Virus record (IMG/VR): IMGVR_UViG_2778261544_000010 | Location: 1-32,649 of that record | Source: a virus | Lineage: Duplodnaviria; Heunggongvirae; Uroviricota; Caudoviricetes | Direction: 5' to 3' (one strand) | Length of the DNA: 32,649 bases | Part shown: one piece after another, positions 13,140-21,400 of the stretch | Numbering within the stretch: position 1 is the stretch's first letter | Layout: each line of letters begins with the position of its first letter | Program-made: the position numbers and the translations under genes | Notes under the pieces: model-generated | What the model was told of the DNA's origin: nothing | The model's input: only the letters and a program-made list of their open reading frames with translations | Databases searched by the model: none

Positions 13140-13517
13140 TTATTTCGAACAATCAGCATCCATCTCCAATCGGAGATCCAACACCATCAGCATACCCTCC
13201 ACTACGCCCTCAGCTTTCTGGAGCATCCTGCCAACCCAACAATCAGATCGCCCATGCTTACGTGCAAGCGCCATAAAAGTCATGCCGCCGACATAATAGT
13301 CCACCAATAAATCATGCAAATCGCTGTTGTTCTTTTTCAGACGGGCCATGCACCCGCAAATGATCATCGCGTCATCGTCACAACATTGTGGGCGAGATTT
13401 TACTTTTGAAGGAATTAATCCCTTAAAACCGGCGGCAATGGACGACCAGGTCACATCTTCATGATTATTAGCCGCCCACGCTCCCCAACGCTCAAGAACC
13501 ATCTGAATATCACGCAT
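13140..13517 (-). CDS. Q: Late antiterminator Q (DLP12 QuuD-like)
   Basis: From ATG 13517, [33 protein letters not shown]...[16 protein letters not shown] closely matches remembered E. coli QuuD. Confidence 0.85.
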   Translation of the reverse strand: MRDIQMVLERWGAWAANNHEDVTWSSIAAGFKGLIPSKVKSRPQCCDDDAMIICGCMARLKKNNSDLHDLLVDYYVGGMTFMALARKHGRSDCWVGRMLQKAEGVVEGMLMVLDLRLEMDADCSK

Positions 13518-13602
13518 CAACTTACTCCACAAAAATCAGACCAGAACGCCAATTACAAACAAAAATCAACAAAACAGTATTAGTTGATTGTTATCTCTGA
13601 CT

Positions 13603-13725
13603 TCATACTCCTGCTCCTGTCAGGGTTTTGGCGTAATTCTTCAGTATTCGGTAATCGGTCAAAACAGAACCGGGGAAACGATATAATCGCAGACGCCTCC
13701 AGCGGTGGCGAAGAAGTTCTGCCAT
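13603..13725 (-). CDS. Small ORF (40 aa) between rusA and Q
   Basis: I translated it by hand: MAELLRHRWRRLRLYRFPGSVLTDYRILKNYAKTLTGAGV. Same slot as DLP12 ylcG, but I cannot verify identity. Weak RBS. Confidence 0.3.
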   Translation of the reverse strand: MAELLRHRWRRLRLYRFPGSVLTDYRILKNYAKTLTGAGV

Positions 13726-13739
13726 ATAAAACTCAAACA

Positions 13740-14102
13740 TCATTCATTCCCCATTTCGGTGATGCTCAGTTCCAGCCTCCCACCTTTGGTAACAGGCATC
13801 TTCACAACGCGGTAATCAACGACCTGAGCATCATCCAGCCAGAAACCTGCTTTGGTGAGTGCGTCAAAAGCGGCTTTTTGCAGATTATCCAGGTCACGGC
13901 GACGGCGATCCGGCATGTGGCACTCAATACGGATTTTCACTGGCATAGCCAGGCCGATATCCAGCATTGCGTTTTTAATGATTCGGGTGACGTTATCGCG
14001 GTATGCCTGCCCTTCTGCGCTGATGTGTGTGCGCCCGCGATTATGGCGGTAATAGCGGTTATTGCTCGGCGGCCAGGGTAGTGTGATGCAGTAAGTATTC
14101 AC
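13740..14102 (-). CDS. rusA: Holliday junction resolvase RusA
   Basis: 120 aa [26 protein letters not shown]... is near-identical to E. coli RusA. GTG start overlaps the ybcO stop. Confidence 0.95.
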   Translation of the reverse strand: MNTYCITLPWPPSNNRYYRHNRGRTHISAEGQAYRDNVTRIIKNAMLDIGLAMPVKIRIECHMPDRRRRDLDNLQKAAFDALTKAGFWLDDAQVVDYRVVKMPVTKGGRLELSITEMGNE

Positions 14103-14389
14103 GCCTTAATTACCCCCTCTTTCAGCCAGATAACCTGTGTTCTCGCCATACCTTCCAGCGCACATTCTTTTGCATATCCATCGTCAACAAAATGCGTGCG
14201 ACGGTCGATTTCGTCGTGGCAGGCAGAACATGCAATGGTGGCAATCAGGTCTGGCGGTTTGATACCGGTACCGCACAATCCAGCCAGCCGGATATGTGCC
14301 AGTACTGACGTTTCAGGATTGCCATTACATACGCCGGGGATTCTTACCTGGCATTCCCGACCACGCGCTGCTTTTCTCAAATCAGCCAT
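14099..14389 (-). CDS. ybcO: YbcO-like nuclease (DUF1364)
   Basis: From ATG 14389 (RBS AAGGAGG), [32 protein letters not shown]... matches DLP12 YbcO. Confidence 0.85.
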   Translation of the reverse strand: MADLRKAARGRECQVRIPGVCNGNPETSVLAHIRLAGLCGTGIKPPDLIATIACSACHDEIDRRTHFVDDGYAKECALEGMARTQVIWLKEGVIKA

Positions 14390-14552
14390 GATTCCTCCTT
14401 GCTGCCAGTCGCAACCATTTTTTATCAACCAGGCTGGCGGTATATCCGAGCAGTGTTGGTATTTCGGATGGTTTCAGCTCAGGCTTACGCTTACGACGAT
14501 TTGGTACTCTGTAGATGTGTCCGTTCATGACACGAATAAGCGGTGTAGCCAT
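14383..14552 (-). CDS. ninE: NinE-like protein (56 aa)
   Basis: Not in the ORF track (under 60 aa). I translated it by hand: [56 protein letters not shown]. Its ATG overlaps the ybcN stop (TAATG). Confidence 0.7.
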
Positions 14553-15007
14553 TACGCCTCCTGCTTGTCGCGCAGCAGCTGGAACTCGCAGCTCTGCGGA
14601 ATAGTCAGGTGGCAGCCAATATTCACCGCCCAGGCTTCAACCTTACACAGGAAGACATACATCTCTCCGGTATCAAGATCGGAGGTATGGCGTAACGACT
14701 GGATAGTGGTGATATCACCGGTTACGACATCAACCAGGTCCTTGGTTTCATAACCGAGGTATGTGTGTTTGAGAGCATCTTTTACCCAATCTGGAGTGGC
14801 AAACGTTTTACCCCTGCTGATGAGGTATTCACTGATTTCGCTGTACCACATGTGGCTGAGTGCATTCTGGGAAAGACTGCGTTTCTCACGCCACGGTTTA
14901 AGCACCATGCGAAAGCATTTGCCTTCCTCCAGATAAGGCTGGATCTGCTGGCCGATAGCGGTGAAGTTACCACGATGCAATTTGATGCCGTCTTGTGGGA
15001 GGTTCAC
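14552..15007 (-). CDS. ybcN: NinB/Orf-family recombination protein (DLP12 YbcN-like)
   Basis: 151 aa [55 protein letters not shown]... matches YbcN. GTG start with GGAGGTG RBS. Confidence 0.9.
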   Translation of the reverse strand: MNLPQDGIKLHRGNFTAIGQQIQPYLEEGKCFRMVLKPWREKRSLSQNALSHMWYSEISEYLISRGKTFATPDWVKDALKHTYLGYETKDLVDVVTGDITTIQSLRHTSDLDTGEMYVFLCKVEAWAVNIGCHLTIPQSCEFQLLRDKQEA

Positions 15008-15036
15008 GCTTCACCTCCGCAGAGGTCAAACGCTGG

Positions 15037-15190
15037 ATGCAAAAAATCGCAGGTGCATCTCTGCATCTGTGAAGGGAGAAGAGAGTTTGGATTGTATGTG
15101 CGCATAAACGTCCCCGTTTAGCGCAGAAGTCACCGGAGTTGTTCAAGCTCCAATGGCATGATTATGGCTGGTTGATTATTGGAAATCAAA
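15037..15190. repeat. Direct repeat copy 1 (about 150 bp, roughly 85-88 percent identical to 16971-17124)
   Basis: Aligned by eye with the copy at 16971-17124; shared blocks include AAAAAATCG.AGGTGCAT.TCTGCATCTGTGAA and GGATTGTATGTGCGCATAAACGTCCCCGTTTAGCGCAGAAGTCACCGGAGTTGTTCA. Confidence 0.75.
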
Positions 15191-15201
15191 TGTGCTGAAA
15201 A

Positions 15202-15711
15202 TTAGTCTGCCAAGTCTTCCTCAGTCGCAACTGGGTAATTCCAAATATCAAAAAAAGCTATAGCCTCCTGCCATTTGCTCCATAAGTTATCAAGTACTTG
15301 TGTAGGTTCCGTACTTTTAAAAACAGAATCAGCCGCATCACCGTTATGAACTTCCTCGTACAGTTCCATTATTAGCAGATTAACAAAGTACTGTTTCAAC
15401 ATTAATGCCTGATTACCTTCTTTCTGCTGGCTATCCTGCTTGATGATCTCCATCGCCCGTACTAGGCACCTGATGATATCCGCTGCATCATTAACGCTCC
15501 ATTCAGATCCGCGCTTATCTTTAGCTGATGAATTGGCTCTCTCAGCGCAAGCCTTTAAAGACTCATAAAGGTAAACTCTATTTTGTAGCTGCAGCACTTT
15601 TTTTGACGTGTACCAACTTGCAAGCGCCGACCCCGCTGCGGCTAATGTGCCAAACGCAGAAATGCCTGCTGCTATTGCACTTAAGTCGGCACTGTCAAAG
15701 TTCCACATCAT
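15202..15711 (-). CDS. Hypothetical membrane-anchored protein (169 aa), nin-region cargo
   Basis: Tandem ATG start preceded by AAGGTG. N-terminal hydrophobic helix LSAIAAGISAFGTLAAAGSALASW then a soluble domain. AT-rich. No homolog recognised. Confidence 0.6.
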   Translation of the reverse strand: MMWNFDSADLSAIAAGISAFGTLAAAGSALASWYTSKKVLQLQNRVYLYESLKACAERANSSAKDKRGSEWSVNDAADIIRCLVRAMEIIKQDSQQKEGNQALMLKQYFVNLLIMELYEEVHNGDAADSVFKSTEPTQVLDNLWSKWQEAIAFFDIWNYPVATEEDLAD

Positions 15712-15886
15712 CGTTACACCTTATATAAACACCCCTCAGTAATATCCAATAAGGTATGTGAACAATCAATATAATTTATATCCGTATCGGCACATAGCGA
15801 TTTTAATGCTACTGATAATGGTATCTTTTAGATTATATCGTCCAGTTCCAGTACCCGTATTTTATGAAATGGACTCGCACATTACC

Positions 15887-15927
15887 AAAAAAAATGCCAG
15901 CACTTCCGTCATCGCAGAATGCTGGCA
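15887..15927 (-). terminator. Putative intrinsic terminator downstream of the Bro-N gene
   Basis: 8-bp stem TGCCAGCA/TGCTGGCA with a long loop, followed on the minus strand by a run of 8 T. Confidence 0.4.
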
Positions 15928-15946
15928 GTATTTCTAACTAGTGACT

Positions 15947-16555
15947 TTATTGCAACAGATTCTGACGGAAATATGGTAACACACGACTCCACTTATCATC
16001 CTGCCACGGTTGGAATTTTACATGCGCCGTTTCTCTGGCAAGGATTTCTCGCGCCCTGTTGAGTATCCGAGGATATTCTTGTTCGATTGAAGTGAATCTA
16101 CCTGCTTCGCGATGCTCCGCAACCTGAAGAAGAGGAGTAACGTTCTGGCAGGCGGTTAACATCGCATCCCCAGCTCGCCATAACCAAGCAAGTGTGCAAA
16201 GTTCGTTATCAGTGAATTGTTTTGTGATCGGGGATTGTTGAACTTCTCGATCGAGAATATCCAGAACCCAGCGGCGGAACTCTTTGGCTACAGGAGTTCG
16301 TGCAAACATGGCGATCAAATGGGCTCCGCGAAGGCTAAATACTCGAGACTCCTGCATTCCACGAGGGGTGGTCACTTTGACCACCCTTGTCATCATATCT
16401 GTAAATTCATCTGAGTGACGAGAGTAAATGCGCTGAACTGCTTTATCGTCCGCATATTCCAGAGCTAAACCAACTTCAGTGGCAGTAAGCCAAATTCTGT
16501 TATTGTGGCAAATTGGGGTAAACGTCGTTTTGTGGAATGCTAATTGAGTAGTCAT
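15947..16555 (-). CDS. Bro-N domain protein (phage antirepressor-like)
   Basis: N-terminal pattern FHKTTFTPICHNNRIWLTATEVGLALEY fits the Bro-N signature. RBS GAGGTG. Confidence 0.75.
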   Translation of the reverse strand: MTTQLAFHKTTFTPICHNNRIWLTATEVGLALEYADDKAVQRIYSRHSDEFTDMMTRVVKVTTPRGMQESRVFSLRGAHLIAMFARTPVAKEFRRWVLDILDREVQQSPITKQFTDNELCTLAWLWRAGDAMLTACQNVTPLLQVAEHREAGRFTSIEQEYPRILNRAREILARETAHVKFQPWQDDKWSRVLPYFRQNLLQ

Positions 16556-16818
16556 AGTTTCACCTCATCAGGTTAACCATCACCACCAACGACGCCAATC
16601 GACTGGTGGTGAACTGTGCAAGGTTGGCGTAACCGGCTACTCAAATCCGGCGCTCCCGAAGAAGCCCTCACACAGCCCACCATAATTTGGGCGTAGCCGT
16701 GCTTAGCGCATAAAAAAACCGCTTAACGCGGTATGCGTTGAGTAGTATTCCGGGACGCCAATCCCGTGTGCCGATTTTGCGGCAACGCACAGAATATATC
16801 CCCAGATAAATCATGTCG

Positions 16819-16908
16819 TCAACCCCAGTAAATGGACACCATGATGATCACAGCCATAGCTGCTACAACAGTTACAACTACCTCAGGCCAAAACATAACG
16901 ATTTCCAT
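16819..16908 (-). CDS. Putative 29-aa hydrophobic peptide (MEIVMFWPEVVVTVVAAMAVIIMVSIYWG)
   Basis: Internal ATG of the 82-aa ORF, preceded by AAAGGTGAT. Almost entirely hydrophobic. A weak hairpin plus T-run follows near 16712-16732. Speculative. Confidence 0.25.
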   Translation of the reverse strand: MEIVMFWPEVVVTVVAAMAVIIMVSIYWG

Positions 16909-16970
16909 ATCACCTTTAGCCGCCAGACGAATAGAGACTCCCAATTCTGGCTGTCGAAGTAAAACACCGA

Positions 16971-17124
16971 ATGTAAAAAATCGTAGGTGCATTTCTGCAT
17001 CTGTGAATGGAGAAGATAGGTTGGATTGTATGTGCGCATAAACGTCCCCGTTTAGCGCAGAAGTCACCGGAGTTGTTCAGGCTCCGGTGATACAATTATG
17101 GCGAATTGATTATTCATAATCAAA
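16971..17124. repeat. Direct repeat copy 2 (partner of 15037-15190)
   Basis: See copy 1. This copy contains a perfect 9-bp hairpin TCACCGGAG...CTCCGGTGA that is disrupted in copy 1. Confidence 0.75.
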
Positions 17125-17388
17125 CAAGATAAGGTCTCAAACTTCATGCAAGCCAAGATTTATTTCTGACAGAATTATACAAAGAAGCTATTGGTCAGAA
17201 TCTACTCGGACTGTAAAACATACGCATAATCTTAAACTCTCACTTTAAGCATTGTTGAAATAATAGCCGTCAAGTACAACCTTAACCACGACTGGGATAT
17301 TTCCCTGGCTACCACGAGTTGTACGGCTATTAAACTGCCGTTAAATTCAGTAAGAGAATATCATCCGATAAGTCAAGGCATGTAAAAC

Positions 17389-18432
17389 ATGAAAATTAAC
17401 AAGATATTATCATCTGCAACACTATTGTATGGTATGTCAATGGCCATGTCGGTCGGGAGTTGTGCAACACCTGTCCAGACTAATCTTCCTGGTTACACCC
17501 CGGGTGCAGATATCATTAGTGTTTCACCGACCAGAAACCAGGTCGATCTCATTGGTGATGTTGTTTATTCCCAGATAAAAGGAACTCGTTCTGTCAGACA
17601 GCTTCACATGTCAGTTCTTGTCCCGCGAACAAATGATTTAAAACCAGCCATTATTTATTATCCCGGCGGCGGATTCATGTCTTCTGAACATGACAAATTT
17701 ATTGAAATGAGAATGGCTCTGGCAGAAGCTGGTTTTGTTGTGGCCGCTGTAGAATACAGAACAATTCCTGATACATTTCCAGCACCAGTTGAGGATGGAA
17801 AAGCTGCAATACGTTACCTGAGAGAGCATGCCAGCAATTATGGGATTGATCCTCAAAGAATCGGAGTTCTGGGTGACTCTGCCGGTGGATGGCTTGCTCA
17901 GATGATGGGAACTACAAATGGTGACAAAACCTTTGATAAAGGTGACTTTCTTCAGCAATCCTCAGATGTTCAGGCAGTTGCCACACTTTATGGGATTTCT
18001 GACTTGTTGAATATTGGCGAAGGGTTCCCTGAATCAGTGCAGGAGGTTCATCGCTCTCCTGCCGTAACCGAAGCCTTAATGATCAATGGCCCTGCATTCA
18101 GAGATTTTGCGGGAGCCCCCATCACAGCGTCAAAAGAAAAAGCGCTAAACGCCAGTCCAATCGGACATATGAAAGGAGTAAAACCCCCATTTCTTATTAT
18201 GCATGGTAGCAAAGACACTCTGGTTTCACCTGAGCAAAGCGCCAAACTATTCAGGATGTTGAAGAAGAACGGCGATAACGCTGAGTACGTGCTAGTAGAA
18301 GGGGCTGAGCATGGCGATGATACATGGTATCAGCCAATTATTATAAACAGAGTCGTTGAGTGGTTTACTAAAAACCTGGGAGCCCCCATAAAAACCACTA
18401 ACCAACAACAGAACCCAAACGCTAACCTGTAA
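17389..18432 (+). CDS. Secreted alpha/beta-hydrolase (esterase/lipase family)
   Basis: Signal peptide MKINKILSSATLLYGMSMAMSVGSC, oxyanion-hole motif YYPGGGF, nucleophile motif GDSAGGW, C-terminal HG. Confidence 0.8.
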   Translation: MKINKILSSATLLYGMSMAMSVGSCATPVQTNLPGYTPGADIISVSPTRNQVDLIGDVVYSQIKGTRSVRQLHMSVLVPRTNDLKPAIIYYPGGGFMSSEHDKFIEMRMALAEAGFVVAAVEYRTIPDTFPAPVEDGKAAIRYLREHASNYGIDPQRIGVLGDSAGGWLAQMMGTTNGDKTFDKGDFLQQSSDVQAVATLYGISDLLNIGEGFPESVQEVHRSPAVTEALMINGPAFRDFAGAPITASKEKALNASPIGHMKGVKPPFLIMHGSKDTLVSPEQSAKLFRMLKKNGDNAEYVLVEGAEHGDDTWYQPIIINRVVEWFTKNLGAPIKTTNQQQNPNANL

Positions 18433-18470
18433 AAAGAGGGAGGGCTTAGCCCTCCCTATTCTGTTTTGTT
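18431..18470. terminator. Bidirectional intrinsic terminator between the convergent esterase and adhesin genes
   Basis: AAAAA-AGGGAGGG-CTTAG-CCCTCCCT-ATTCTGTTTTGTT: GC-rich 8-bp stem with T-rich flanks on both strands. Confidence 0.6.
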
Positions 18471-21400
18471 AACTGTCCTTTTCAGGAAGTTTTACAACAA
18501 AAGTTGTTAATTCTTTCTCATACGTTTTTTTACTATTTGTTATTTTGGCCTTAATCCAGTGATAACCGCTTTCATAGGTGCTGAACTCCGAGGCAGCGTT
18601 ACCTGTCGAGCTTAACGTTACTGTAGCAGGTTCCATTTTGACGCGTTGAGAGGTTGGGCTATCTTCACTACCAGCAGAAAACTCAACCGTACCAGACAAT
18701 GGGTTTCCAAAATGATCGACAAATCGAGCATAAATACCTGTTGGAGAGCCGTCATTAACCTCATAACCATAGTCTTTTTCAAGACTCAGAACCCCATTTG
18801 CTTCATCAGCGTACAGGGAGAATGATTTCACCGCGCTAACATCACTACCAAGTTCGTTTAAGGTCGCCGTTAATTTATACGAACCAGCCGTTCGACCATG
18901 TACGCTTACCGTAGCCTGGCCGCGCTCATCAGTCGTTACTGTGGTTTTATCAACCACCAACGCACCATATTTGGACGGTCCAGAGGTCTTAATATTCAGT
19001 GCTCGACCACTTAATGCTTCGCCTGACGTATTTTTCAGATGCAACGTAAATGTAAGATTGTTGGAATCGCTCACAACAGCAGAAGATACAGATGATGTGA
19101 TATCCAACACAGCATCCTTCACATCCGTCATGGCATCAATATTTTGGCTTGCAGTTATGCGTTTCCCATCCTGAACATGCTCGGCCTGAATTGTGTACTG
19201 GCCCGATTTCGATGCAGTGAACTGCGTTGATGCCTTTCCATAAGCATCCAGCTGCAGTTTACTGCTGGTCAATGATGCTCCCGTCGATGGGGTGATCGTT
19301 AAATTTACATCACCGGTAAATGCATTGTTATTGGCATCAACCAACTGAATGTCTACTGTTGCACTTTCACTGCTATCGGCCACAATCTGCTGTTTTGATA
19401 CACTCATAGTGAGTTCTGCGGAAGCAATATCTGGCACAAAAGTTAACTTAACGCTGCCAGATTCCACACTATTAGAACCATCAGTCACCCGTGCAGTTAC
19501 CGTGTACTCACCAGCTTTCACCGTTGTAACTGGTACAGAAACATGCCCTGTTGAATCAGTCACGATATTTGTCGGCACAGACAACCCTTCAGATGAGGTA
19601 ATGAGCTGAACCTTCTGTCCATTAACCGACGCATTAGTATTATTTGTTAGCTGAACATTCAATACCGCAGCATCTTTACCATTAGCAGGGATATTCGAAA
19701 TTAAGCTACTGTTTTCAGGCGTCAGTGACAGTGAAGCTCCGCTCATATTTGATGCAAAGGTCACAGTTAACTCAGTAGATACCTGAGGCCCAGCATGAGC
19801 TTTAATCACGTAAGAACCTGGAGTGGAGCTTATTAACGCAAAAACAGCATTACCATTTTCGTCAGTTGACACTGCATGTTCACCACCAACTTGAGTTATC
19901 CCCGCAGGTAAGGACAACGTAACAGCATAACCAGGAACAACATTGCCGAAACGATCAGCAAGACTTACAGTCACTGTATTCTGTTGTTTTCCATCAGCCA
20001 ATGCATTATTTTTACTGGCTTCAATACGAGAGAACGCGAACTGAATTCGGTCTTCCATAAAGGAGATTTCTTTCTCAAGGTCGGAGAAATCGTGACGATC
20101 CGATTTAACACCGATCCGAATCTTATCTGCTCGTTTTGAAGTTACTGTTGCGCTATAGACACCATCTTTTTCCGTTACAGTCCCAAACTCGACTCCTTCA
20201 GCCTGGTTAATGGCATAAAAGCTCAGAGTATTATCACCTGTGATTGCATTTCCTTGTGAATCCTTCACTGCCAGTTGTAGATTAATATTGTAACCAACTA
20301 CCTGCTCTGCTGGTGCAGCGGTTAAAACAGCACTGACCTCAGATTCAGGTTCTGTTGCTGCTGTTTGCTTAATACTGAGAGTAAAGGTTTTTCCCTGAAC
20401 TTTTGCAGTTACACGTACCGTACCAGCCTGCGAACCAGCAGTCAGAACAGAGCGATATACCCCAGCAGAGATTTCCTCTACCGCGCCTAATGACGGGGCA
20501 GTTACCGTTTCACGCTGTCGAGCACTATTGCTATCTGCTGTAAATTCCACTGACATTTCAATGTCATCAGCCAGTCCGGTTAATGCCTTACCGTTACTGT
20601 CTTTCAGGCTTAATACTATCGGATAAGTAGATTGGCTATCAGCAGAGATCGTCGGCGACGAATCTCCATCCAGTGTAAAAGACGAATCAGCTGTCGATAC
20701 ATCACTATCAGTGATGGCTGCCTGCTTAATATTCAGAGTAAAGGTTTTTCCCTGAACTTTTGCGGTTACACGTACCGTACCAGCCTGCGAACCAGCAGTC
20801 AGAACAGAGCGATATACCCCAGCAGAGATTTCCTCTACCGCGCCTAATGACGGGGCAGTTACCGTTTCACGCTGTCGAGCACTATTGCTATCTGCTGTAA
20901 ATTCCACTGACATTTCAATGTCATCAGCCAGTCCGGTTAATGCCTTACCGTTACTGTCTTTCAGGCTTAATACTATCGGATAAGTAGATTGGCTATCAGC
21001 AGAGATCGTCGGCGACGAATCTCCATCCAGTGTAAAAGACGAATCAGCTGTCGATACACCACTATCAGTAACGCTAATATTCATCACGGCATAGTTGGAC
21101 ACGTTGCCTCTGTTATCCTGTACTGTGGCTCCAACACTCCACGAATTTACACCTTCGCTTTTATAAGCCGGTAAAGTGATCTGCCATGATGTGCCATTTC
21201 CACTGATCTTGCCGCCAGCCGCAGTGAATGCACTATCATTCCACTGTACAGACTTGATACCACCACTGGCATTGTTGACTGTCAGTGTTACAGGGATGAT
21301 TGATTCCCCCTCCCCCTGAATAGACTCTGGCAAACTGATTTTCAGTGCATGCTTTTTCTTGTACTCCAGAACAATGTTGTTATTTCGTTCAACAAAATCA

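Noticed and set aside
13584-14753. Plus-strand ORFs of 165 and 185 aa across rusA/ybcO/ninE
   Set aside because: Antisense to recognised nin-region genes.
16819-17067. Full 82-aa ORF starting at GTG inside repeat copy 2
   Set aside because: Not rejected outright, but the start lies in repeated DNA and the copy-1 equivalent is truncated at 35 codons. Only the terminal 29-codon peptide with an RBS was annotated, at low confidence.
17638-18245. Minus-strand ORFs inside the esterase gene
   Set aside because: Antisense to a gene with clear catalytic motifs.
20632-21174. Two plus-strand ORFs beginning MAISRDRRRRISIQCKRRISCRY
   Set aside because: Antisense artefacts of the tandem duplication inside the adhesin gene. 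They are useful only as markers of the 357-bp period.
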